DNA of 64,000 nt from Octopus vulgaris (Eukaryota). The stretch lies in contig OX597827.1 in assembly GCA_951406725.2 (NCBI GenBank), positions 57,164,001 through 57,228,000 on the forward strand, read 5' to 3'. This document shows positions 1-12,119 of the stretch, piece after piece. A program made the translations under genes and the position numbers. Numbering within the stretch: position 1 is the stretch's first letter; every line of letters starts with the position of its first letter. Below the pieces are notes generated by a model. That model saw nothing but the letters and a program-made list of their open reading frames with translations, was not told the origin of the DNA and made no database searches.

Positions 1-216
1 TTGTAGAAGACAAAAAGAGAAACGAACACTTAATCCAGAGAGAAAAGTATTGAATATAACCGTTAAGTGATATGGATGTATAAACACCCTCGGGCAAGCA
101 GCATGGCACGATTACACACGCTCATACAAGCACTAGCAAAAATGTGAGCATACGCACACGTAAGGTTAGGTGCACTTATAATTACAAAGCGAGTTAGATA
201 TTTAGTAGGTGTTTAC

Positions 217-246
217 ATATGTATATATATATGTGAGTGTATATAC

Positions 247-307
<61 letters not shown>

Positions 308-492
308 TATATATATATATATGTATATATATATGTATGTATATATAGATGCATATGTATATGTGTGTGTGTGTGCACATTCACACTTGTGCACATATTC
401 ATATATAATGCGTCGTTTCCATATGAATCCACAAGTATATATATTCGTGTCCGAGCATATATATGTGTGTGTGAGTGTATATATATATATAC
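217..492. repeat. (TA)n/(TG)n compound microsatellite
   Basis: Pure and interrupted TA/TG dinucleotide runs; source of the YIYI ORFs. Confidence 0.9.
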
Positions 493-495
493 ACT

Positions 496-800
496 GACCA
501 TGGGATTGCACCTAGAAAGTTACCCTCCTAGTCACAAGTCTGGGCAAGGTGGTTTTATGGAAGACCAGCAGTCGCCCATGTATACCGGCCTCCCCTCTCC
601 ACGCCATCAGTGTTATCCAAGGGAAAGGCAAAGGTCGTTACAGTTTGGCACCAGTGACGTCGCAACTCATTTCTACAGCTGAATGAACTGGAGCAACGTG
701 AAATAAAGTGTCCTGCTCAAGAAGACAACACGCAGCCCGGTCCGGGATTCGAGCCCACAACCTCACGATCGTAAGCTCGACGCTCTAACCACTGAGCCAT
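496..800 (-). mobile_element. tRNA-derived SINE, family D
   Basis: Minus strand starts ATGGCTCAGTGGTTAGAGCG (A box) ... GGCTCGAATCCC (B box), then CTTGAGCAGGACACTTTATTTCAC. Homologous copy at 12975-13260. Confidence 0.85.
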
Positions 801-904
801 ATATGTATATCTGCATATAAATATATATATATATGTATATCTGCATATAAATATATATATATATGTATATCTGCATATAAATATATATATATATGTATAT
901 CTGC

Positions 905-920
<16 letters not shown>
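801..920. repeat. 30-bp tandem repeat x4
   Basis: ATATGTATATCTGCATATAAATATATATAT repeated exactly at 801, 831, 861 and 891. Confidence 0.9.
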
Positions 921-955
<35 letters not shown>

Positions 956-1029
956 GATATACATACGTATATGTACATACTTACATCTATACGTATACAT
1001 ACTTACATCTATACGTATACGTATATATA

Positions 1030-1285
1030 TGCATATGTGGGCACAGGACGTAAGGAAACGAGTACAACAAAAAGGTACGAAGCACGAGTACATGGAACAT
1101 GAACAATTCCTTTGAACAACGAAAGACACAAATGGAAAACAAAACCTGAAATTGTCGATAAAGACAAGAAACGATTGTAGTGGCGGTTTTTTTGACTCAC
1201 ATTTCGAGCATTGTTAAAAGAATAGTTCATGTATTGATTAAGTCGTGCTTCTACTTGTTTGTTTTGCAAAATTTGGTTTTGTGCC

Positions 1286-1290
<5 letters not shown>
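1030..1290 (-). mobile_element. Short (TA)n-embedded dispersed element, family P1
   Basis: Reverse complement shares TGCTCGAAAT..GAGT, TTTTCCATTTGT and terminal GTCCTGTRCCCAYATATG with copies at 21590, 38851 and 44520. Confidence 0.55.
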
Positions 1291-1347
<57 letters not shown>

Positions 1348-1396
1348 GTATAGATGTATGTACATATACGTATGTATATATGCATATATATATATA

Positions 1397-1464
<68 letters not shown>

Positions 1465-1486
1465 TGTATATATAATATATATTATA

Positions 1487-1886
1487 GGCGGTGGAGTGGC
1501 TGTGTGGTAAGTAGCTTGCTTACGAACCACATGGTTCCGGTTTTAGTCCCACTGCGTGGTACCTTGGGCAAGTGTCTTCTACTATAGCCTCGGGCTGACC
1601 AAAGTCTTGTGAGTGGATTTGGTAGACGGAAACTGAAAGAAGCCCGTCGCATATATGTATATGTATGTGTGTGTGTTTGTGTGTCTGTGTTTGTCTCCCC
1701 AACATCGCTTGACAACCGATGCTGGTGTGTTTAAGTCCCCGTAACTTAGCGGTTCGGCAAAATAGACAGATAGAATAAGTACTAGGCTTACAAAGAATAA
1801 GTCCTGGGGTCGATTTGCTCGACTAAAGGTGGTGCTCCAGCATGGCCGCAGTCAAATGACTGAAACAAGTAAAAGATTAAAAGAGT
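1487..1886 (+). mobile_element. tRNA-derived SINE, family A, full length
   Basis: TGGCTGTGTGG A box, degenerate B box, CORE-like CCTTGGGCAAGTGTCTT, internal (TA)(TG) microsatellite, tail CCAGCATGGCCGCAGTCAAATGACTGAAACAAGTAAAAG. More than 20 copies or fragments in the window. May correspond to a described octopus SINE (OK/OR1/OR2); not verified. Confidence 0.9.
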
Positions 1887-1966
1887 ATATGATTGAACGC
1901 ACGCATCCTCTTCCAAGTAAGTTTTATCTTATATGTGTGTGTGTGTGTGTATGTGTGTATACACGG

Positions 1967-2025
<59 letters not shown>

Positions 2026-2115
2026 TTCATATACGTAAGTGTGTATGTAATTTTGTCGGTGGCCACACAAAAGAAAAAGTGAGAAAGAGAAAGTGAGAAA
2101 GCGGGCGTGTGACAA

Positions 2116-2195
<80 letters not shown>

Positions 2196-2556
2196 TAAAG
2201 TGAGGGAGAATGAGTAGGTGAGAATTTTATCAAGACTCAAGTAGTTATTTCCAACTTTCAAGATTGTTAAAGTTTTAGATTTGAAGAAGTTCTATCATTT
2301 GAACACAACTTTAGGTCTGCATCTTAAATGAAGCAGATAATGAGTCTGATGCTGTCACCGTCTTTCCCCTCCCCGACATACCTTATCCCCATAATTTACA
2401 ACATGTAGCAATTGAAAATTCCACAATATTCGATGAGAAATCAATGGTTTGTGTCTCATTACCGACGCCTTACTGTGACTATTCAACGTAAGTGTTTCTA
2501 CATGTTCTTCCACCTTGCATGAAACAACAGCCAAATCTTTCAAAAATCATACTCTA

Positions 2557-2725
2557 GGTGCAGGCGTGGCTGTGTGGTACGAAGCATGGTTCCCAACCAC
2601 GTGGTCTCGAGTTCAGTCCCACTGTGTGGCACCTTGGGCAAGTGTCTTCTACTATAGCCCCGGGCTGACCAAAGCCTTGTGAGGGAATTTGGCTGACGGA
2701 AACTGAAAGAACCTCGTCGTACACT

Positions 2726-2775
<50 letters not shown>

Positions 2776-2991
2776 TGTGTGTGGATGTTTGTGTGTGTGT
2801 GTGTCTTTGAGTCTGTGCTTGTCCTTCCCCGCCCGACACCGCTTGATGACTGGTGCTAGTGCGTTTATGTCCCCGTAACTTAGCAGTTCGGCAAAAGCTC
2901 CGATAAAATAAGTATGAGGCTTATATCAGACCTCGGACTGACCAAAGCTTTGTGAGGGGATTTGGTTGACGGAAACTGAAAGAACCTCGTC

Positions 2992-3082
<91 letters not shown>

Positions 3083-3354
3083 TGTGTGTATGTGTGTGTG
3101 TGTGAATGTGTTTGTATGTGTTCGCGTGTGTGCCTTTGTGTCTGTGCTTGTCCTCCCCCGCCCGCCACCACTTGACAACTGGTGCTAGTGTGTTTATGTC
3201 CCGCAACTTAGCGGTTCGGCAAAACCCCCGATAGAATAAGTATCAGGCTTTAAAACATAAGTAGTGAGGTCGATACATTCGACTAAAATTCTTGAAGCAG
3301 GTTCCCCAGCATGGCCGCAGACTAATATCTGAAATAAATGAAATACAAAAGATT
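2557..3354 (+). mobile_element. SINE A with internal tandem partial duplication
   Basis: Head-microsatellite-tail runs to ~2922, then restarts at the GACCAAAGC..GGAAACTGAAAGAA segment and continues to the tail end. Confidence 0.85.
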
Positions 3355-3479
3355 AAAAAAAAAGTACCATTTAACGATATGAAGGACATGGAGTCAGTAC
3401 GGATCTGATGTTGAACGATCACAGCATCACGTTAAGAGCTCCAATGGACTTATGAGACTTTTATATGGTTAGTCCTTTG

Positions 3480-4780
3480 TAGTCAAATCTCTCTTTCAAA
3501 TCCCTCTTTAGTTCCTTTAAAAAAATACATAGAACGATCTTATTGAGTGAGATATGTGTCTTAAACACAAGATGTCCGAAGGAAAAAATTGGCCTTTTTT
3601 TTTGCATTTCGTTAATGTTCTTAGAGAAGACATTAAGATACTAACGGTCATTTGATCTGAATCACAAATTAATAGCTGACTTTTTCACCCATTATTTATC
3701 TCCTTTACATACATGCATGCACGCACACACACACTACAGGGCAAGTGATTAGTTAATATCAAGAAGAATATTGCATACAGTTAACGGGCATAGTTTTGTA
3801 TATATCGACCATATGTTGTGTTAGATAATATAAATAAAATGGGAATTTATTGCCTTCGGCTTATTTTTCAACGAAATTAAACAGAGGGAAAGAGAAAGGA
3901 GAGTGACTGAAATACAACTACCATAAAAAATTATAACCATATCGACAAAAATTACAAAATGAAGGACAGTAGAGAGTGCATAACGTCGGGGCAGAGCTGA
4001 TACTGAACGATAACATAATAAACTTAACAACGCCAATGAATTTATTTATAAAAGGATCTTTTACACAGTTGCTTCCTCAGCTAGAAATTTCCCTCTAATC
4101 TCTCCTTCAAATCACTCTATACTTCCTTGAAAACAACACATCGATATCTTATCGGGTTATATGGTCCTAAATCCAAGATGCTTAAAGAAATAAAAACAGG
4201 ATGGTTACTGCTGGAACGCCTTTGATCGGATCTCTGTTCCATCAAATTTTCTCTTGGACTAAAGAATGCAAAACAATTATCTTGATATGGTCGACGTTAA
4301 TCACTATATTGTCAATCAACCTGCTAGAAATAGCAGGAAAATTCCTAAAATTACTACGTTGTTGTTTGTTCCTTCTCGAGCCACGCCTGGCTCATAAGGG
4401 CCGGTTTCCCTGGCGTATAGGTTCCCCACTTGGACGCCGGTCCGTCGCAGGTAAGCTGCAAGAGGAAAGAAGGTTGTGGCGAAAGTGTCAGCAGAAGTTC
4501 GCCATTACCTTCTGCCAGAGCGGCGTAGAGCTTAGGTGTTTCGCTCATAAACGCACACATCACCCGGTCTGAGATTCGAACCCGCGATCTCTCGACCGCG
4601 AGTCCGCTGCTCTAACCACTAGGCCATGTGCCTCCACAAAATTACGACGTACCATCTCAATAAAAAAAGACAGTTTACATTGGCCCATGTAACCAATGCA
4701 AACTGCCTATTTTTTAAAAATTAAGATGGCACCTTGTAATTGTAGCCTTACATACCCTACGTTTGATAATAGACTATTTT
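3480..4780 (+). repeat. Ancient dispersed repeat relics (about 3 diverged copies)
   Basis: Recurring (CTAG)AAATAGC..CAAATCTC..TCAAATCAC ... GATG.. motif order at ~3480, ~4081 and ~4325; similar blocks at ~48181 and ~53490. Confidence 0.4.
4360..4637 (-). mobile_element. tRNA-derived SINE, family C
   Basis: Minus strand GTGGAGGCACATGGCCTAGTGGTTAGAGCAG ... GGTTCGAATCTC. TSD AAAATTAC(T/G)ACGT at 4347-4359 and 4638-4650. Confidence 0.9.
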
Positions 4781-5770
4781 GATCGTCAACAAAGAAATTA
4801 TGGATTATATTAATGTATCTTTCTGTTATAGACCCTGGAGGTTTGTAAAAAAATGTATCACAGCAGATGTCGTAGTCAAATAAATAGAAGCACTGATAGA
4901 CTCTCTTCGTGGAATCTTGGAATACTCCTTCCGAAAAATGTATAATATCGTTATGTGCTCAGTTACAAGCAAAAGAATTGTTGAGCGAGCTTTTATAAAC
5001 CATTCTATTCTTTTTTTTTTCTTTTCGGGTGTAATGATTCCAGTAAGAAAAACAAAAATCTTTCTATGATCAAACCATACTACCGCAAGGTTTGTGTAGT
5101 TCTTTTTTACTTGTTTCCAATTCAGAAAGAATAGTTTTATGATTTTGAAAGTTGTTCGGCAAAATACCACACTTCCGCCTTTCCATCTGCTTACTTATTA
5201 GTTGTTGTTGACCCTCAATGACATTAGGGGAATTTACCGAACCAGCTTAAATAGTTTTTGCTAAGTCAGTCTTTTCATCCTTGGCTACAAGATCTGTTTT
5301 CATCAAACTGGTATGTGAATTCGTTTTCCTTTTAGATCTTATACGGATTTTGGGGTGGGCGGTGAAAAACGAAAGGCGATAAATGCCTCTCTTAATTTTC
5401 AAAAATATTTTTTATTCTGTTTATGAATATCTGATAATATTGAATTATACTAGTGAAATGTTTCGCTGACATTCCAAATTATCGTTTAATGGTGATGAAA
5501 CTGCCGGCAGTAGTTTTTTGTGCTCTCTTCAATTTTGACGAGTCGTTACCAGATGGTGTTAAAAAATAAGTAAGTAGAAGTAAAGGGGGGCGATATTTAA
5601 AAAAGTTTGAGAAGTACAGTTGCGCAGGTAATTTTCTCTAGTATTCAACGATTAGGTTTCTAGAACTTCCCAATAGGTCGTTTCTTCACTACCACTGCAT
5701 GACAACCGTGTTGGCTCGTTTAGGCGTCCGTAACTTATTGATGCGGCAGGAAGACACCGATGGAATAAGT

Positions 5771-6070
5771 TTGTTCCTTTTCGAGCCACGCCTGGCTCAT
5801 AAGGGCCAGTTTCCCGGTTTCCTTGGCGTATAGGTTCCCCACCTGGATGGGACGCCGGTCCGTCGTAGGTGAGCTGCAAGATGCAGGAGGAAAGAGTGAG
5901 AGAAAGTTGTGACGAAAGAGTCAGCAGAAGTTCGCCATTACCTTCTGCTGGAGCCGCGTGGAGTTTAGGTGTTTCGCTCATAAAGACACGCATCGCCCGG
6001 TCTGAGATTCGAACCCGCGATCCCTCAACTGCGAGTCCGCTGTTCTAACCACTAGGCCATGCGCCTCCAC
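5771..6070 (-). mobile_element. SINE C nested in an old SINE A tail
   Basis: TSD GATGGAATAAGT at 5759-5770 and 6071-6082; the flanks (5690-6185) rejoin as a degenerate SINE A tail. Confidence 0.9.
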
Positions 6071-6901
6071 GATGGAATAAGTAACAAGCCTGAAAAAAGC
6101 ACTGAGGTCAATTTGTTCGACTAAACACTTCAAGGAGGGGTTCTAGCATGGCCCCAGTGTAATGACTAAAATAAGCGAAAAACCAGAATAATGATTGTAT
6201 CTAGCAATGATATATTTTAATTGAAGTCATTCCTCTCATTCCAGATCTTAGACTGAAATAATTTAATCTTCCTAAGAAGGCGCCCATTTTCATGGATTTT
6301 TCTCGAAGGCGATATTCGTTTCCGCCATACATCATGTAAGTTAGAGGCCCTATGTTGACTCGACAAAATCGCCATTTTCTATAAAAAGTGTTTCTTTCAA
6401 TGTTCGGAGTTTTATATTTTATATATTAACTTTAATAATTTCTCAAGTGTTTAAAGTGTAGATTGTCTACATAAATATCGTCTTTTCATTTCTTCATAAA
6501 GTGTAATTGGTATAATGTAAACTTATAAAACTGTGTAACAAAATTTTAATTTAATTTTATTTTATTTCTTTGTCTTTGGTCAGTAAATGTTATTTCTTAT
6601 TTGCTTCTACGTAGAAATTAAAGGAAATGACTACTATTCCCTTCAAACTTTGCTTTTGTGTCCCGGACATCAATGTCTGACTGATTTTCCATTACATTTC
6701 AGACAGATTCAGTGCTGAGTTGCTGGAGCAGAAATATCATTATAGCAAATATTCTGCTCAGTCCCACATATTTGCTTGTCAGTTGCTTGGCTTTAACTCC
6801 TTGAACATGTCTCTTAGTAGCTGACAATATGTGCATCAATGATCATGAACAGGAGTGCGGTGGTGGGCGGGGTGGTGGTGAGCATCATAACCATGTGATG
6901 A

Positions 6902-7433
6902 GAGGGATTCCTTGGAGTTTGAATAAATGTAACAAAAGAAAATTTTGAAGGAAATACAAGCTATTTTTATACTTTCTAGGGGTAAGCAAATAGGAAATAA
7001 CAATTGCAACCCAAGGACCAAAATCGTGTTAAACAGTGTTATTAATCTTACACCTTAAGATGGTGTCTGAAACGTCCGAGGGATTCCTTGGAGTTTGAAT
7101 AAATGTAACAACAGAAAATTTTGAAGGAAATACAAGCTATTTTTATACTTTCTAGGGGTAAGCAAATAGGAAATAACAATTGCAACCCAAGGACCAAAAT
7201 CGTGTTAAACAGTGTTATTAATCTTACACCTTAAGATGGTATCTGAAACGTCCGAGGGATTCCTTGGAGTTTGAATAAATGTAACAACAGAAAATTTTGA
7301 AGGAAATACAAGCTATTTCTATACTTTCTAGGGGGTAAGCAAATAGGAAATAACAATCGCAACCCAAGGACCAAAATCGTGTTAAACAGTGTTATTAATC
7401 TTACACCTTAAAGATGGTATCTGAAACGTCCGA
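6902..7433 (+). repeat. 176-bp tandem repeat x3
   Basis: GAGGGATTCC begins at 6902, 7078 and 7254; units are near-identical. Confidence 0.95.
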
Positions 7434-7809
7434 TTCAGCTGCGCCGGTTGTTGATGCTTTCTTCTATTTTTCTTATCCAGTCGGGTATCTGACTTTGAGC
7501 TACTGTATTCAAGCAAGTTATTGATTACGCAAACGTGTTATTACATATTTTCATAACATCCACAGCGTTATCGTAAATAACTTTTGACATGAGAGTGATT
7601 GGCTTTCTCCCTGCTCTCGACAAACGGTTTGTTGACTTAGCTTAAAGAAATTGGAAAAGTTCTCCTCAAACTACAGTTTTTAATTGTTCTTTAATCTCCC
7701 TCCCCTTATTTCTTACCACATACACACATTCATACATACAAGTATACATACATAGTTTTGCATGCATACCTGCATACTTGCTTACATATTCGAAACACAA
7801 AAACACACA

Positions 7810-8405
7810 CAAACATACATACATATATACATACATACATACATACATGCATGTAAGCATACATACATACATGCATACATACATACATACATACATGCAT
7901 GCAAGCATACATACATACATGCATGCATACATACATACATACATACATACATACATACATACATACATACATACATGCATGCATGCATGCATGCATACAT
8001 ACATGCATACATACATACATGCATACATACATACATGCATGCACACATACATACATACATGCATGCACGCAAGCATACATACATACATACATGCATACAT
8101 GCATGCATGCATACATACATGCATGCATGCATGCATGCATACATACATACATACATACATGCATGCATGCATACATACATGCATGCATGCATACATACAT
8201 ACATGCATGCATGCATACATACATACATACATGCATACATACATGCATACATACATACATGCATACATATATACATACATACATACATACATATATATAT
8301 ATATATATTCATGTATATATATGTCTATATGTGTATGTGTGTATCATTACCCACACTTATGAATGTACATATATATGAATGTGTATCTGCGTATGTATGT
8401 GTGTA

Positions 8406-8441
<36 letters not shown>

Positions 8442-8450
8442 TGTGTGTAT
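7810..8450. repeat. (CATA/CATG)n and (TG)n microsatellite
   Basis: Direct observation. Confidence 0.95.
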
Positions 8451-9192
8451 TGCAGTCATCTCTGTCAGGTTAGTTTCCTATGGAAAAACGTCAGTGTTAG
8501 TTGACTGCGAGGTTGGTGGCAAAGAGGAAAGCTGTTTGTTTACATTTTGCCGCTCCCCTTCTGAGGCAGATGTTTCATTTGGTTTGCCTTCAGCAAATAA
8601 AATATGATCGCAAAATGTGGAATAACAATAGTTGTGGCAGCCATTTCTCAAGCAACAAAATATGTTTGTGTTTTCGTAGCTGCTTCGCTGTGAAGTGGTT
8701 TCGGCTTCCAGTAATTTCATAACCACTTAATGCAAAAAATGGAAGGCTGTGTTTTTGGGGGTTTTTTTTTTCCATTTCGGGAGCTTTATAATTGCACCGG
8801 AATAATTATTGATTTAAACGTAAAGTCCAAGCGAAGTGAGAAGGAAACGAACGCCATGTTAGATGACAGCTCTCAGATTTGATAGCATTGTCAGTGACAA
8901 TATTAGTGTTGTTTGTTATCAGTGACAACAGTGATGGTAGAAACGAAGTTTCTGACGGGGTGAACTTTCCAGGCATCAACATGTACCTACTTCCTTGCGA
9001 CAATGTAACATTTCATTTAATCAAGATATCCTCGTCCTGAAGAGTAGCCTGCGGTATACATTTCTCTTGGATATTTACCACTTCGCTATGGAACATATGC
9101 AGCTCAGATCTTATCTATTCCATCCTGTAACTTTTGTATACACACACACATATATATGTATATATATATACACACACATCTGTCTATCTATC

Positions 9193-10066
9193 TTAGGCAT
9201 GTCGTGGTTTATGATGCGCAGACATGCGCTGACACTGTGACATCTACGGCGCTGAACAGGTGTGGTCGCTGTTTGTGCGGCGCGCTTTCCCGCAGCTCGT
9301 CTCATTGGCCGAACTGCAGTCGTGGATCAAACAGTGACCGAGGCTAAGTGAATGGCACCGCGAGTGTCGCGTTGCTCTCAAGCAACTCTGCCGTCCGGGA
9401 CCAAACTTGTGCGACTTCATTACAACAAAGGCATTCTATAGAGGATTAGTAGAGAGGAGGTGCGACGACGTTCTCGGGCAGAATCTGGGCGTCGACGAGG
9501 AACACCTGACCCGCCTTCTCAGGACAACTTTCGGGTCGGGACCTATAGACAATCACCAAAGATCCCTGGCTTGGCAGAGCTATCGAAAAGCATTATCTGT
9601 TCGGGATAAGCTCTGCAGGCACGGTTCGAGACACACCGGACCAACTTGCCCGAGATGCGGTCAGAGCGACGAAACCGTTCTGCACGCATTCGTGCAGTGT
9701 CCAACCATTTCGGACCTGTGGGCTTATGCCGAACGGCTGCTGTCACGTGTGGGACGAGTCCGCCTGTCGGCCGAGTCTTCCGTGACAGTTGCTCCGCCAC
9801 CTTCCCTCAACGAGGAAAGCGAGGCAGTCTTCATCGTACTGGTGGCCATGGTGAAAGAATGTGTGTGGTGGACTCGAGCGAAAGGATTAAAGACAAACAC
9901 TTACCTCTCTGACCAATCGCTCATCAACTTATTCAAGTACCAATTGAAAAAGAAGGTGACAATGGAGGGGCATGTTTTGTCTCGTGAAAGTTTTAAAAAA
10001 AGGTGGGTGAATGTAGCAAAGATGGTGCGTGCGAGTGACGAAACCACTTTGAGCATGATCCTGTAA
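9193..10066 (+). pseudogene. L1/Tx1-clade LINE ORF2 C-terminal fragment (zf-RVT, CCHC)
   Basis: LGMSW.. then EQVWSLFVRRAF..*..; ORF 9407-10066 carries CPRCGQSDETVLHAFVQCP, the L1/Tx1 C-terminal zinc knuckle. Upstream stops; 5' truncated. Confidence 0.85.
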
Positions 10067-10111
10067 ATCGAAAAAAGAGAGAGTGACAGAGCATTTTGCT
10101 CTCATGTGTTT

Positions 10112-10275
10112 ACAACCGATGTTGGTGTGTTTATTTCCCCGTAACTTAGCCGTTTGGCAAAACACACCCATAGAATAAGAAATAGGCTTACAAAGAATAA
10201 ATCCTAGGGTCAGTTTCTTTGACTAAAGGCGTTGCTCCAGCATGACCGCAGCTGCATGACCGAAACAAGTAAAAT
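10112..10275 (+). mobile_element. SINE A 3' half
   Basis: ACAACCGATGTTGGTGTGTTT ... CCAGCATGACCGCAG..GAAACAAGTAAAA. Confidence 0.8.
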
Positions 10276-10957
10276 AATAATAAAAAAACTATACCATTTT
10301 AATCCCGAGCAACGTCGGTTATCTCTGCTTGGTAACTGTAAATTTTTCGTCATGAAAAATGATGTTAGTAGTCGTAATATAATTATCGTATAAACGATTG
10401 ATGATCTCAGATATTTAAACATTTTATAAACTCTCATAATAATTAAAAGAGAAAAAGAAAGAACGTGGAAAAATAGCAAAACGAAATAATTTCACAGGGA
10501 CAAAAACAAACAAAATCTGGAATATATGAAACGAGAAGCGCAAAAGACGCCACAAATATATACGGAGCCTTCTCTTGAAACCACTAATACCTACATCAAA
10601 ATGATTGAGGGAAAGAAAGACAGAAATGCATAATTGTCATCAGACTGGAATATGAATTCGTCCTCGAATTTGAAAATATTAGAAGGCTGTCGGAAACTGA
10701 AATATTCAAGTAAGCTGTTGAAAACTAAAATATACGATGACGTAGGAAGATGTTAGCTTGTCAATGTTTTATGTAAGCACTTACGTATATCAGAATGGAT
10801 GAATGGGATATGCTCGAGAATGCGAGAGGTGAGTTTACTTTTCTTTCTTCTCTTGTTAATTACTACATAAGCATGCGTGGCAGTGCGTAATCGCGATTTG
10901 TTGTTGTGCGTTTAAAATGAACGAGAAGCAGTTGCTGAAGTAGCTTTTACATACAGG

Positions 10958-11490
<533 letters not shown>

Positions 11491-11491
11491 A

Positions 11492-11804
11492 AAATTACTT
11501 TGCCGCATACTGAACTCATTAGAAATAGCAGCTAAAAAAAACCTTTTTTAAAACTATTTCCAATACTTAAAGAAAATCTCTCTCATATAGTGCTTGTTCA
11601 ATTCAACTCACGAAAGTATGAGGGTAGAAACATTAAAAAATCAAATGCATTTGATTTTTTAATGTTTCTACCCTCATACTTTCGTGAGTTGAATTGAACA
11701 AGCACTATATGAGAGAGATTTTCTTTAAGTATTGGAAATAGTTTTAAAAAAGGTTTTTTTTTAGCTGCTATTTCTAATGAGTTCAGTATGCGGCAAAGTA
11801 ATTT
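11492..11804. repeat. 313-bp spacer-less palindrome
   Basis: 11492-11647 is the reverse complement of 11648-11804 (centre ATG|CAT). The only difference seen is A8 versus T9. Confidence 0.95.
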
Positions 11805-11919
11805 ATTTTACTAAGCCCTTTTATATAATGTAATAATTTGAATTCGCCTTAAATGGTCCCTTTGCATACTGAATACTTGGTGAAATTGATTAATTAATTA
11901 ATTTTACCCTCAATTGTTG

Positions 11920-11954
<35 letters not shown>

Positions 11955-12000
11955 TATGTTTATGTTTTCCAGTTTCAGCTTTTGAGCTGTGGCCATGCTG

Positions 12001-12108
<108 letters not shown>

Positions 12109-12119
12109 ATCGAAGTGTG

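Noticed and set aside
1482-1715. Recurrent ORFs with RLPNPLTRLWSARGYSRRHLPKVP or MRNWYLIYRPRKDERQSRPRR
   Set aside because: Antisense translations of SINE A and SINE B; the recurrence reflects repeat copies, not a protein family.
194-2261. Many ORFs rich in YI/HT/CV/MYVC repeats, here and throughout the window
   Set aside because: They are translations of (TA)n, (CA)n and (CATA)n microsatellites, open in several frames on both strands.
4560-4637. tRNA-like sequences at SINE heads (also 730-800, 6000-6070, 35545-35616, 51821-51890)
   Set aside because: A and B boxes are present but I see no complete cloverleaf, and each continues into a repeat body; not called tRNA genes.
6902-7433. Possible CRISPR-like array
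   Set aside because: Whole units are identical with no unique spacers; eukaryotic context with no cas genes.
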